Positions 49,273 to 59,346 are shown, counted from the first letter of the stretch. The stretch: DNA of 64,000 nt from a virus (IMGVR_UViG_3300030330_006619:96001-160000), one strand, 5' to 3'. The notes: generated from the sequence alone by a model not told the origin. Program-made: numbers and translations.

Positions 49273-50430
49273 ATGGAGGAAGACAGGTTCAGAGGGGGCT
49301 TTACTTCAGTTGGGTCGATAGAGTTCAACGAAAGAAAAAAATATTTAGATTACCTGAGAGCTTCGGGCTATAATTTAATAGATACCCACAACACACACAA
49401 ACTATATGGCCTTGTAAATAGCAAATACAATGTGATTATGCCGAACGTACCAGAGCTATATCCCTTTGGTGATTATTCTCAAGATATACAAGGAATTAAT
49501 TTTGTGGTTTCCCAGTTTAATAAATTTAAGGATTTTTATAATGAGGTAATTGCACTTTCAAGCGTACGCCCTCCAAGTTTAATTTCGGACCTTGTGCCGA
49601 CAAAAGCGTATAAAAACTTTGAAACCGAATATTTGCAACATCAACTAACATTTTTGAATACTTTATTAAACCAGGTTTTTGAGAAGAATAATAATAGCCC
49701 TTTGATTGATTCAAACACTTTTTACGAACTATTCACAGACAGTATATTTTCTGAAGAAATGTCGGACTTTCCCGTGACAAAATCGGGTTTTGCAATTTCC
49801 CCTCTTTGTGATATTTTCTGTACAGGTCTGTACGTTGATTTGGGCCAAGAATATTCACCACATTTGGATCAACTGAAAGTAGACTTAATAAAAGACCCGG
49901 GCTTTGAATGCTATGTAGAATATGCTAATGCGTTTGGTTTTCACGTAGATGCAAATAACCCTTGGAGGATGATAGCAAACCCATTTTCAGCTCCAATGAA
50001 AGAAAATATTCTGAATAATAGGTCTGTTAACATATTTGAAGACTTTTATAGTAATGAATATTTATTCAAAGTCTCTTTAAACGGAGGCGGCGGAGGCGGT
50101 GATTTTGCTGCACTAAAAGCATTTTATAACAAAGCCTTTATAGAGTTTAACATGAGATACAATCCCGGTGCCGAGGCTGCAGTTTTTTACCCCAAGACTA
50201 CCGCTTTTTGGTTAGGCATCTTAATTAAGAATAAACTTAGAGAGTTCGGCTTATTAAATCAAGACATTTCAAAAAATCCTAATGAAAGTGAAAAACAAAA
50301 TTATCAGACTATTTTGAATAATTCACTTGACAGATACCGCCTATATGGGTTAACATCTATATCTGGAGCTGAAGGTTACATCATGGAATATTTTTCCAAC
50401 ATACTAAAATCCCGAATGCTTGAAGGATAA
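49273..50430 (+). CDS. Hypothetical protein
   Basis: 385-aa ORF; no recognised family. Confidence 0.5.
   Translation: MEEDRFRGGFTSVGSIEFNERKKYLDYLRASGYNLIDTHNTHKLYGLVNSKYNVIMPNVPELYPFGDYSQDIQGINFVVSQFNKFKDFYNEVIALSSVRPPSLISDLVPTKAYKNFETEYLQHQLTFLNTLLNQVFEKNNNSPLIDSNTFYELFTDSIFSEEMSDFPVTKSGFAISPLCDIFCTGLYVDLGQEYSPHLDQLKVDLIKDPGFECYVEYANAFGFHVDANNPWRMIANPFSAPMKENILNNRSVNIFEDFYSNEYLFKVSLNGGGGGGDFAALKAFYNKAFIEFNMRYNPGAEAAVFYPKTTAFWLGILIKNKLREFGLLNQDISKNPNESEKQNYQTILNNSLDRYRLYGLTSISGAEGYIMEYFSNILKSRMLEG
50327..50356 (+). promoter_or_regulatory. sigma70-type promoter embedded upstream of mini PolA
   Basis: TTGACA-N18-TAACAT. Confidence 0.45.
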
Positions 50431-50435
50431 TTGCT

Positions 50436-51563
50436 TTGATACAAAATTTGGATATAAGAAACAATTGTTTTGGTATTTTCTACCAAAATGATTTTATTTT
50501 TGAAAAAACTAAAATTGAAAATGCCACAAAGGAGTGCACCAGCTCTTGGACCCATTCCCCGGGGCTAAATGATGAAGAGAGAACTTTTCTTTTTGTTGTC
50601 TCCAAAGGGGAAGATATTTCAAATTACATGGACGATTCAGACGAATATTTAGCACTATGTAAAACTCTTGAGGCACAAAAAAAAGCAGCAATTAGTGCAA
50701 AAATAAACTTGACAGATACTTGTTTCTTTGATATTATACCATATAAACAATTAAAAAAATGGTTTGCCCATAGAGCCACCGCACTTAAAAATATTTTGTC
50801 AACTATGGAAAAGACAGAAGACTATGACATTTTACATAAATGTCACGTATTAACAACTGAAATAGCTCACGAAACCCTTAACTATGGGGGCTCTACCAAA
50901 AGAGTAAAATATGATATTTTTGGATCTGCCACCGGTCGAATGACAACAAAAAAAGGAAGTTTTCCAATTTTAAACTTAAAAAAAGATGATAGAGCAAATC
51001 TTAAGCCCAAAAATGATCTGTATGTTGAACTAGATTTCAACGGCGCCGAAATCAGAACTCTTCTATGGTTTTCAGGAAAAGAACAGCCAAATTATGATAT
51101 ACATGAATTTAATAAGCAAGTTTTCGCGAAAAATGAATTATCAAGACAAGATGTAAAAGAAAAATTTTTTGCATGGCTCTACAACCCAAATGCGACTGAT
51201 CAAAAACTACAGAGTATCTATAACAAACAGGCATATGAAAAACATTACAAAAACGGTGTGGTGACCACACCTTTTGGTAGGATGTTGGAAGTCGACGAAA
51301 AGAAGGCTTTGAATTACCTTATTCAATCTACGACATCAGATCTTGTTATGGAGAATTGTTATAAAATTATGAAAAAATTAAAAGATAAAAAATCTTTCGT
51401 GGCTTTCACACTTCATGACTCTGTTGTATTGGACTTTGATAGGTCAGAGGTTTCACTTGTACCAGAAATAAAAAAGATTTTCGAAACAACCCGGTGTGGC
51501 AGTTTTGTTAGCAACTGTTCTGCCGGCTTAAACTTTGGCGCACTTAAGGAAATAAAGATTTGA
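50436..51563 (+). CDS. Compact family A DNA polymerase (polymerase core only)
   Basis: TGR, motif A LDFNGAEIR, motif B R...K...F..LY, TPFGR, ALNYLIQST, motif C LHDS. Confidence 0.8.
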   Translation: MIQNLDIRNNCFGIFYQNDFIFEKTKIENATKECTSSWTHSPGLNDEERTFLFVVSKGEDISNYMDDSDEYLALCKTLEAQKKAAISAKINLTDTCFFDIIPYKQLKKWFAHRATALKNILSTMEKTEDYDILHKCHVLTTEIAHETLNYGGSTKRVKYDIFGSATGRMTTKKGSFPILNLKKDDRANLKPKNDLYVELDFNGAEIRTLLWFSGKEQPNYDIHEFNKQVFAKNELSRQDVKEKFFAWLYNPNATDQKLQSIYNKQAYEKHYKNGVVTTPFGRMLEVDEKKALNYLIQSTTSDLVMENCYKIMKKLKDKKSFVAFTLHDSVVLDFDRSEVSLVPEIKKIFETTRCGSFVSNCSAGLNFGALKEIKI

Positions 51564-52420
51564 AAAATATTTTAGGAATAGGAAAAGCAGGCTTTAACAT
51601 AGTAAAAGAACTTGGAAAGCACAAAAATTACAAGCCTTTTGTCATCTCAAAGCATGTCACAAACAAGACAAAATATCGATACCCAACTCCCGACTTAGAC
51701 AGTCCAGAAGATTTTGAAAATTTGAATTTTGATAAATTGGGAGAATGGCTCTCCACAATAAAAGATTCATGCACTGTGTTTTTATGTGGAGCCTCGCTTA
51801 CAACTGGCTTAACACTTAGGGTTTTAGAGAATTTTTACAAGAGAAGTGTAAAAGTGGAAGTTGTGTATATATCACCAGAAGTCGAAGTATTATCAAAGAC
51901 AAAATTTCTGAATCAAAGGGTTGTAATGGGTGTTTTACAAAATTATGCTCGCTCCGGTTTGCTCGAAAACATTTATCTTGCTTCTAATGAATACCTTGAA
52001 CAATTGTCTGGCCCAACTAATGTTTACGATTATTTTGACCAAATTAATAAAGTGCTGACTAATACATATTATATGTTAGACGTCTTTAAAAACACTAAAC
52101 CTATCACATCTACTTTTACAAAGCCCGGAATCGCGAATAGGATTAGGACTTTCGGCGTCGGATCAATTGAAGGTGAGGATGTATTATTTTTTCCCTTTAA
52201 AGATGAGGTAGAAGTGGTATATTATTTCGCAATAAACGAGAAAAAGCTAAAAACAGAAGAGAACCTGTTCAGAAAGTTGACAGATAAAGTAAAATCAAAA
52301 ATCACAAAACAAAGAAAGGTTTCATTTGGGATCTTTCCGACAAACTACGAAGAAGACTACGTTTACGTAGAATATTTATCTCCAATAATTCAGGAAATAA
52401 ATATTGACAAACAACAATAA
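51560..52420 (+). CDS. Divergent tubulin/FtsZ-superfamily protein
   Basis: ILGIGKAGFNIV (T1 loop), degenerate T4 loop LCGASLTTG, SNEYL and FDQINKVL at FtsZ-equivalent positions. Confidence 0.6.
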   Translation: MKNILGIGKAGFNIVKELGKHKNYKPFVISKHVTNKTKYRYPTPDLDSPEDFENLNFDKLGEWLSTIKDSCTVFLCGASLTTGLTLRVLENFYKRSVKVEVVYISPEVEVLSKTKFLNQRVVMGVLQNYARSGLLENIYLASNEYLEQLSGPTNVYDYFDQINKVLTNTYYMLDVFKNTKPITSTFTKPGIANRIRTFGVGSIEGEDVLFFPFKDEVEVVYYFAINEKKLKTEENLFRKLTDKVKSKITKQRKVSFGIFPTNYEEDYVYVEYLSPIIQEINIDKQQ

Positions 52421-52432
52421 ATAAGATATTAT
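52404..52432 (+). promoter_or_regulatory. sigma70 promoter for SSB-recA
   Basis: TTGACA-N17-TATTAT. Confidence 0.75.
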
Positions 52433-52438
52433 ATAATC

Positions 52439-52515
52439 AGTTGGTCAGGACATTTGCTGACCTGCTATAGCCGAGAGTGTGCAAAAAAACAACAAACCAA
52501 TAGGAGGTATTAATT
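52439..52515 (+). promoter_or_regulatory. Structured 5' leader of the SSB gene
   Basis: GGTCAG-N8-CTGACC hairpin, then an A/C-rich unstructured tract and a TAGGAGGT SD. Confidence 0.5.
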
Positions 52516-53265
52516 ATGGCACTTAATTTAGACGCAATGAAAGCGAAGTTAGATAAACTTAATGGAAAGGGTGACGGAGGTAAGAAAAACTTCTGGCGTC
52601 CTGAAGAAGGAGAAAGCAATATTCGTATTGTTTCCACTCCAGATGGTGACCCTTTCAAAGAGAAGTTCTTCCACTATGGAATCGGTGGACAGTCTTTTCT
52701 ATGCCCGAAGCGAAACTTCGGGGATGACTGTCCAGCATGCAATTTTGCAAACAAGCTCTGGAACGAGGGAACAGAAGAAAGCAAGCGGCAAGCAAAAGAA
52801 ATGTTTGCAAAGCAAAGATTCTTCTCACCAGTCTTGGTGAGAGGCGAGGAATCAGAAGGTATTCGAGTTTGGGGCTATGGAAAAATGGCCTATGAAAAAT
52901 TGCTCACCATCGTTTTGGATCCAGACTATGGAGACATTACAGACCCAGATACTGGTAATGACCTAAAACTAATGTACGGTAAACTTCCAGGTGCAAGCTT
53001 TCCGCGTACGGATATCCGACCCCGGCCGAGAAAAACTGTATTATGTGATGATGCCGTCGGCGGAGATGAGCGCTGTGCGGAATTACTAGAGACAATTCCA
53101 AATTTTGATGAAATCTTTGAAAGAAAGACAACAGAAGAGGTCCAGTCGATTATGGATCAACACTTAGCTGCGGATACAGGAAATCCATCTGTAGAAAAGT
53201 TTGGCATACCAACAGATACTCAGGACTCTGTAGAAGCTGCATTTAACGATCTGTTAAATCAGTAG
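52516..53265 (+). CDS. Single-stranded DNA-binding protein (T4 gp32-like)
   Basis: FWRP, IRI, H...CP....DCPAC zinc site, WGYGK, DITDP..G.D and an acidic C-terminal tail. Confidence 0.88.
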   Translation: MALNLDAMKAKLDKLNGKGDGGKKNFWRPEEGESNIRIVSTPDGDPFKEKFFHYGIGGQSFLCPKRNFGDDCPACNFANKLWNEGTEESKRQAKEMFAKQRFFSPVLVRGEESEGIRVWGYGKMAYEKLLTIVLDPDYGDITDPDTGNDLKLMYGKLPGASFPRTDIRPRPRKTVLCDDAVGGDERCAELLETIPNFDEIFERKTTEEVQSIMDQHLAADTGNPSVEKFGIPTDTQDSVEAAFNDLLNQ

Positions 53266-53273
53266 GGGGCGAT

Positions 53274-54407
53274 ATGGCTAAATCTAAAGTAACTAAACTA
53301 AAAAAAGGGGCCCTTGATATAACCTCAATTAGAGGTATTATTAATAAAAAGGCAGGAAGAGAAGTCGCCCACTCCCTACAGGATAATAATCCTACCGAAG
53401 TTAATGAGTGGATCCCTACTGGTTCTCGCTGGTTAGACTCAATCATTTGCAAAGGTAAATTAGCAGGGATCCCAGTTGGTAAAATTTCAGAAATTGCGGG
53501 ACTAGAGGCAACCGGCAAGTCCTTCATGGCTGCACAGATCGCCGGCAACGCCCAAAAAATGGGAATAGATGTCGTGTATTTCGATTCAGAATCAGCCTTG
53601 GATCCGGGATTTTTATCCAGAGCCGGATGTGACCTTGAGCGACTTATGTACGTTCAGGCAGAATCAGTAGAGTTTGTTCTTGAGACTATTGAAGAATTAT
53701 TATCAACTGGTAACAAGTGGTTATTTATTTGGGATTCTTTAGCTTTGACCCCTTCTATCTCTGATGTAGAAGGTGATTTTAACCCACAATCTTCGATGGC
53801 GGTAAAGCCTAGAATCCTATCAAAGGGTATGGCGAAATTAACAATTCCAATTGCAGACGCCAATGCCACATTATTAGTTTTAAATCAGCTTAAAACTAAT
53901 ATGGCGGCCAGAACCCCAGCGGAAGCTATGACTACGCCTTATTTTACCCCAGGAGGCAAGGCAATGTCATATGCTTATTCTCTGAGAGTCTGGTTAACTG
54001 CAAGAAAAGCAAAAGCTTCATTTATTACAGATGATAATGGTTATCGTATTGGATCAGAGGTCAAGGTAAAACTCGAAAAGTCAAGATTTGGCACTGCAGG
54101 CCGTACTTGCAACTTCAAGATTCTTTGGGGTGATGAAGATATCGGAGTTCAGGACGAGGAGAGTTGGTTTGATGCAATTCAAGTTTCAGACAGGCTTAAA
54201 CAGTCTGGTGCATGGTTTACTCTTGTAAAAGATGACGGCTCAGAAGAGAAGTTTCAACGCAAAAACTGGACAACTAAGCTACAGTCGGAAAACTTTCGTA
54301 ATAGTGTATTGACAATCATGGATAATGATGTTATTATGAAATTCAAGAATAGAGAAGGCAATGCAGAAGATTTTTACGATTCAGACGATCCCCCGACTGA
54401 AGAGTAG
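53274..54407 (+). CDS. recA: RecA/UvsX recombinase
   Basis: IPTGS..LD, GLEATGKS Walker A, YFDSE, WDS, LNQL and TPGGKA motifs. Confidence 0.93.
   Translation: MAKSKVTKLKKGALDITSIRGIINKKAGREVAHSLQDNNPTEVNEWIPTGSRWLDSIICKGKLAGIPVGKISEIAGLEATGKSFMAAQIAGNAQKMGIDVVYFDSESALDPGFLSRAGCDLERLMYVQAESVEFVLETIEELLSTGNKWLFIWDSLALTPSISDVEGDFNPQSSMAVKPRILSKGMAKLTIPIADANATLLVLNQLKTNMAARTPAEAMTTPYFTPGGKAMSYAYSLRVWLTARKAKASFITDDNGYRIGSEVKVKLEKSRFGTAGRTCNFKILWGDEDIGVQDEESWFDAIQVSDRLKQSGAWFTLVKDDGSEEKFQRKNWTTKLQSENFRNSVLTIMDNDVIMKFKNREGNAEDFYDSDDPPTEE
54309..54337 (+). promoter_or_regulatory. sigma70 promoter inside the recA 3' end
   Basis: TTGACA-N17-TATTAT with an extended -10 TG. Confidence 0.6.
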
Positions 54408-54414
54408 CTAACTT

Positions 54415-54445
54415 AAAGCCCGCCTCTAGGCGGGCTTTTATTTTT
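54415..54445 (+). terminator. Intrinsic (possibly bidirectional) terminator after recA
   Basis: AAAGCCCGCC-tcta-GGCGGGCTTTT. Confidence 0.8.
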
Positions 54446-54456
54446 ATGGAGAAATA

Positions 54457-55416
54457 ATGAAGAGATTAATGATAGTAGATGCATATAACCAGTTTATTCG
54501 TGGTTACATCGTAGACCCAAGTAAAAATACAAATGGCTCACCGATTGGTGGCATTCGAACCTTTACAAACATCCTCAACAAACTTACAAGGGAGATCAAG
54601 CCAGATCTTCTTGTTTTGGTGTGGGATGGCAAAGGCGGATCCAAAAAGAGGAGGAGCTTGAATAAGAATTACAAAGGTGGCCGAAAGCCCCCAAGAACAA
54701 ATTGGTCCCAAGTTGGTCTAAGTGAAGAGGAAATCTTAGACAACAAAGTGTGGCAACAGATGAGAGTAATAGAATACTTCAATCAAACTCCGGTGATTCA
54801 GTTTATGGAACCCTTGGTGGAAGCTGATGATGTTATCTCGTATGTTAAAAGTTCATTTGGTGACTGGCAAAAAGTTATAGTTTCAGCAGACAAGGATTTC
54901 ATTCAGCTCCTTGATGATAAAACAGTACTACACAGGCCAATTCAAAAAGAATACCTAAACAAAAATAATGTTGTAGAGAAGTTTGGTATTCATCCAAGAA
55001 ATTTTGCACTTGCCAGAGCGATTGTTGGCGACCCAAGCGACAACCTTCCAGGTGTTCCCCGCGTTGGAATGGGCACTGTCGCTAAAAGATTCCCGTTCTT
55101 GAAGGAGGAGAAGGATTATTTCCTTTCAGACATTTTAGAAAAGTCTTCAGAAGATGAGAATCTGAAACTCAAACTTTATCAAAACATTATAGAGTCTCAG
55201 AATTTAATTGAGAGTAATTATAACATAATGCAACTATCCTCCCCAATGTTATCAATTCAACTTAAGAAAAAGATTGACGAAACATTCGAAGACTATGAGC
55301 CACACTATAATCAAACAGAGATGAGAAAGATGATGATTCAAGATGGAGTACTCACCGTCTCCACATCTGACTTAGAACAAAGATTTAATCATATGATTAC
55401 TTCCCTTTTGCAGTAA
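54457..55416 (+). CDS. 5'-3' exonuclease / T4 RNase H-like flap nuclease
   Basis: IVDAYN, WDG, YKGGR, EADD, SADKDFIQL and GDPSDNLPGV..VG motifs. Confidence 0.93.
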   Translation: MKRLMIVDAYNQFIRGYIVDPSKNTNGSPIGGIRTFTNILNKLTREIKPDLLVLVWDGKGGSKKRRSLNKNYKGGRKPPRTNWSQVGLSEEEILDNKVWQQMRVIEYFNQTPVIQFMEPLVEADDVISYVKSSFGDWQKVIVSADKDFIQLLDDKTVLHRPIQKEYLNKNNVVEKFGIHPRNFALARAIVGDPSDNLPGVPRVGMGTVAKRFPFLKEEKDYFLSDILEKSSEDENLKLKLYQNIIESQNLIESNYNIMQLSSPMLSIQLKKKIDETFEDYEPHYNQTEMRKMMIQDGVLTVSTSDLEQRFNHMITSLLQ

Positions 55417-55452
55417 AATATGGTAATATACTCCTACATATAAGGACATTTA

Positions 55453-56829
55453 ATGGAACAAGATAAAAACTTTTCAAAATTTGGTAAAACATTTCAGGAA
55501 GACCTCTGTCATCTGATGTTGAATGACAGAGGATTTGCAGATCAGATGTTTGAAGTTTTGGATTTAAATTTTTTAGAACTAAAACACTTGAGGGTATTTG
55601 TCAGAAAAATTAAGGAGTATAGAGATAAATATGGAGTCCACCCCACATCTAATATTATGCATTCCATCCTACGAACAGGTCTGGATGGAGAAGCAGAGTC
55701 AGTCAAAGTTAGAATACGAGAATATTATGCGAGAGTTCTCGCAAACGGAGAGGTACCGGATAGCGCTGATTTTATCAAAGATACTTCACTGGATTTCTGC
55801 AAAAAACAAAAGCTAAAAGAAGCACTAATAAAGTCGGTTGAGTTGATTAAGTCATCATCGTTTGATGAGGTGTCAAAAGTAATAGACAATGCCTTAAAGT
55901 TAGGGTCAGACAACACTTTGGGTTATGACTATTTAGTCGACTTTGAACAGAGATTTCTAAAAAAGTCCAGGGACCCGATTACTACAGGTTGGGCAAGTAT
56001 TGACGAAATTTCAAAAGGAGGGTTAGGAAAAGGTGAATTGGGTGTCGTGGTTGCTCCTACTGGCGCAGGTAAGTCTATGGTTTTGGTACACTTGGGTGCT
56101 CAGGCACTTAAAGAAGGCAAAAATGTCCTCCATTATACTTTGGAGCTTGCTGATACTGTTGTTGGAGGTCGCTATGACTCTGCTATTACTGGTGTTGAGT
56201 TAAAAAATCTGTCGATTTTTAAAGAAAAAATTTATGATGAGATTAAGGATATCACGGGCAAGTTAATTATCAAAGAATATCCAACTAGAAGCGCCAGTAT
56301 ACAAACAATAAAAAATCATGTTGAGAAGCTAAAAAGGCGAAATTTCACTCCAGACATGATCATTGTGGACTATGGGGACCTGATCAGGCCAGAAAACAGC
56401 AGAAAAGATGAGAAAAGACACCAACTGGAAACTATTTACGAAGAGCTACGAGGAATAGCACAAATTTGCGAGTGTCCACTGTGGACAGCATCACAAACCA
56501 ACCGGTCCGGACTCAATGCTGAAGTGATCACCATGGAATCGATCTCTGAGGCTTTTAATAAGTGCTTCGTAGCTGATTTTATCTTTACGGTCTCTAGAAC
56601 TGTAGAGGATAAGAACACTAATACTGGACGTATTTTTATAGCGAAAAATAGAAATGGCCCTGATGGATTGGTGTACCCAATATTTATGGATACCAGTAAT
56701 GTCAAGATCAAAGTCCTGAAGAGGGATAGTGAGACGGTCGAAAATATTTTAAAAAGATCGTCCAGTGAGAGATTAGCATCACTAAAAGAAAAATATGCCG
56801 CGTTTAAAAAAGAAGGAGGAAGTAAATGA
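55453..56829 (+). CDS. Replicative helicase (gp41/DnaB-like)
   Basis: APTGAGKS Walker A, TLE, IIVDYGD, TASQTNR and KNRNG motifs. Confidence 0.93.
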   Translation: MEQDKNFSKFGKTFQEDLCHLMLNDRGFADQMFEVLDLNFLELKHLRVFVRKIKEYRDKYGVHPTSNIMHSILRTGLDGEAESVKVRIREYYARVLANGEVPDSADFIKDTSLDFCKKQKLKEALIKSVELIKSSSFDEVSKVIDNALKLGSDNTLGYDYLVDFEQRFLKKSRDPITTGWASIDEISKGGLGKGELGVVVAPTGAGKSMVLVHLGAQALKEGKNVLHYTLELADTVVGGRYDSAITGVELKNLSIFKEKIYDEIKDITGKLIIKEYPTRSASIQTIKNHVEKLKRRNFTPDMIIVDYGDLIRPENSRKDEKRHQLETIYEELRGIAQICECPLWTASQTNRSGLNAEVITMESISEAFNKCFVADFIFTVSRTVEDKNTNTGRIFIAKNRNGPDGLVYPIFMDTSNVKIKVLKRDSETVENILKRSSSERLASLKEKYAAFKKEGGSK

Positions 56830-58688
56830 AATTATCAAACAAAATACTGTCAGATGTGACAGTTCACATGAAGTACGCTAGGTATTTAGAGGAAGAGAAA
56901 AGAAGAGAGACATGGGAAGAGCTTGTCACAAGAAATATGGGTATGCACCTTAAAAAATTCCCACACTTAGAATTACAGATCAGGAAAGCATATAAAATGG
57001 TGTACGATAAGAAAGTGCTCCCGTCGATGAGATCCATGCAGTTTGGAGGCAAGCCGATTGAAGTTGCTCCAAACCGAATTTTTAATTGTGCTTTTATGCC
57101 AGCCGATGATTGGAGATGTTTTGGGGAGGCCATGTTTCTTCTGCTTGGCGGCACCGGGGTCGGTTATTCAGTTCAGAAACACCATGTAGAGAAGCTGCCA
57201 GAGATTACTAGGCCAAACATGAACAGGACTCGCAGATTTCTTGTAAACGATTCAATTGAGGGATGGGCTGATGCTGTAAAGGCATTAGTTCGATCTTATT
57301 TTATTGGAGGATCAAGACTCCGATTTGATTATTCTGATATACGCCCGAAAGGTGCTGCTCTCATTACTTCTGGAGGTAAGGCCCCAGGACCACAACCACT
57401 CAGAGAGTGTTTGGTCAAACTAGAGGGAATGCTCTCACAGAAGGAAAATGGAGATAAACTAACGCCGATCGAAGTACACGATATGATCTGTCATATAGCT
57501 GACGCTGTGCTGGCAGGCGGTATCCGTAGGGCTGCTCTTATTTCGTTATTTTCTGCAGATGATGAAGATATGATTGCTGCAAAAACAGGGAATTGGTGGG
57601 AAACCAATCCTCAACGAGGCAGAGCGAACAATTCAGTTGTTCTTTTGAGGCATAAAATAGACAAAGAATATTTTATGAATTTATGGGATCGAGTAAAAGC
57701 TTCTGGCGCTGGAGAGCCTGGGTTTTACTTTTCTAACGATAAAGACTGGGGAACCAACCCTTGCTGCGAAATTGGCTTAAGACCATATCAATTTTGTAAT
57801 CTCACCGAGGTTAATGTATCCAACGTAGAGGATCAAGAGGACCTCGATGCGAGGGTAACTGCCGCATCATTCATTGGAACCTTGCAGGCTAGTTACACAG
57901 ATTTTCATTATTTGAGGGATATCTGGAGAAGAACTACGGAAAAAGATGCGCTGATTGGAGTCAGCATGACAGGTATAGCCTCAGGTAAAGTTTTGGGTTT
58001 AAACATGAAACAGGCTGCAAATGCTGTGAAGGAAGAAAATAAGAGAGTTGCTGATCTGTTGGGTATTCGCCCTGCAGCAAGGACCACTTGTGTTAAACCT
58101 GCAGGCACTACGTCACTAACACTAGGTACAAGTTCTGGTATTCACGCATGGCATAATGACTACTACATTCGTAGACTTCGAGTTGGAAAGAACGAGCCAA
58201 TTTATGCTTATTTGAGAGATCACCATTCCACGCTAGTTGAGGATGAGTATTTTAGTCCTCACACTACAGCTGTGATCTCAATCCCCCAGAAAGCACCAGA
58301 AGGCTCAATACTTAGAACTGAATCGGCCCTGCAACTCTTAAAGAGAGTTAAAAATGTAACAGATGAGTGGGTTAAGCCTGGATTTAGAAAGGGCCAAAAC
58401 ACTCATAACATTTCTGCCACCATTTCAATAAAAGATGCTGAATGGGTTGATGTAGGAGAGTGGATGTGGGATAATAGAGATAGCTACAATGGCTTGTCTG
58501 TATTACCTTATGATGGAGGATCCTACACTCAAGCACCCTTTGAGGATTGCTCGAAGGAAACCTATGAAGCAATGATGAAGTCTTTAACAGAAATCGACCT
58601 TACCAAGGTTGTAGAGGAAGAAGATAACACCGATCTCAAAGGTGAGGTTGCCTGCGCCGGCGGATCGTGCGAAGTAAAATTTGTTTAA
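56826..58688 (+). CDS. nrdJ: Class II (B12-dependent) ribonucleotide reductase
   Basis: KYAR, FNC, GTGVG, RRAA, TNPCCEI, CNL, KPAGT and C-terminal CAGGSC; no beta-subunit gene is adjacent. Confidence 0.85.
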   Translation: MKLSNKILSDVTVHMKYARYLEEEKRRETWEELVTRNMGMHLKKFPHLELQIRKAYKMVYDKKVLPSMRSMQFGGKPIEVAPNRIFNCAFMPADDWRCFGEAMFLLLGGTGVGYSVQKHHVEKLPEITRPNMNRTRRFLVNDSIEGWADAVKALVRSYFIGGSRLRFDYSDIRPKGAALITSGGKAPGPQPLRECLVKLEGMLSQKENGDKLTPIEVHDMICHIADAVLAGGIRRAALISLFSADDEDMIAAKTGNWWETNPQRGRANNSVVLLRHKIDKEYFMNLWDRVKASGAGEPGFYFSNDKDWGTNPCCEIGLRPYQFCNLTEVNVSNVEDQEDLDARVTAASFIGTLQASYTDFHYLRDIWRRTTEKDALIGVSMTGIASGKVLGLNMKQAANAVKEENKRVADLLGIRPAARTTCVKPAGTTSLTLGTSSGIHAWHNDYYIRRLRVGKNEPIYAYLRDHHSTLVEDEYFSPHTTAVISIPQKAPEGSILRTESALQLLKRVKNVTDEWVKPGFRKGQNTHNISATISIKDAEWVDVGEWMWDNRDSYNGLSVLPYDGGSYTQAPFEDCSKETYEAMMKSLTEIDLTKVVEEEDNTDLKGEVACAGGSCEVKFV

Positions 58689-58695
58689 AAAAGTG

Positions 58696-58724
58696 TTGAC
58701 ATTTTTCGAATATAATGATATTCT
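58696..58724 (+). promoter_or_regulatory. sigma70 promoter
   Basis: TTGACA-N17-TATTCT with an extended -10 TG, intergenic. Confidence 0.75.
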
Positions 58725-58758
58725 ATTAATAGAACTTGGATGAAAAAAAGGAGAAATA

Positions 58759-59034
58759 ATGAGTTCAGACAATTTAGAAAAACCATTGACAAGAGACGAG
58801 CACTTGTCCAACTATATTAGAACATTTGTGGCGATTGAGGAGGCAATTGAGCCTTATAAGGACCAAAGAAGAGACTTGCGAGAATCATATGCTGAAAATG
58901 GATGGCTCTCAAAAGAAGAAATGAGGCTTGCAGTTAAGGCATACAGACTGTATAAATCCGAGACGGATATGGAGATGTTGTCGGACTACGTGACAAAGTG
59001 TCAGAAATCAGTAAGGAGGGGGCCAGGTGTCTAA
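58759..59034 (+). CDS. DsbA/GapR-like small dsDNA-binding protein
   Basis: Three-helix pattern L..YI.....IE......DQRRDL...Y..NG.....MR.AVK..R. Confidence 0.5.
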   Translation: MSSDNLEKPLTRDEHLSNYIRTFVAIEEAIEPYKDQRRDLRESYAENGWLSKEEMRLAVKAYRLYKSETDMEMLSDYVTKCQKSVRRGPGV

Positions 59035-59341
59035 AGTTTTTGAGGGATTGAAGCCTACAAATCGCCACTTACTAATAATCCCACATTTCAAAGAAAAGAA
59101 ATCCGATTCCGGTGTTCTCCTTCCAGAAGACTATAGCACCGAAGAAGAGAGGTTTATCGAGGCGACAGTAGTCAAGGCTGCAGAAGACTGCGCAAGAGGG
59201 ATCCGTTCTTCTATTTTTAATGAATCGGGTTCACCAAATATTGTGGTAGATCGCTCAATGATACAAGAAATAAAGATTAGAGACAAAACTCACTATATGA
59301 TTTTAGAAAATTATGTAATGGGTGTCTTTGGTAGGTGGTAA
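59027..59341 (+). CDS. GroES-like co-chaperonin
   Basis: LKPTNRHLLI, mobile loop SGVLLP, ATVV and ILENYVMGV. Confidence 0.7.
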   Translation: MSKVFEGLKPTNRHLLIIPHFKEKKSDSGVLLPEDYSTEEERFIEATVVKAAEDCARGIRSSIFNESGSPNIVVDRSMIQEIKIRDKTHYMILENYVMGVFGRW

Positions 59342-59346
59342 GAACG

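Noticed and set aside
56431-56439. ACTATTTAC motif inside the helicase gene
   Set aside because: It is about 390 nt from the next start, inside a conserved coding block (ETIYEE) in a replication operon; probably chance.
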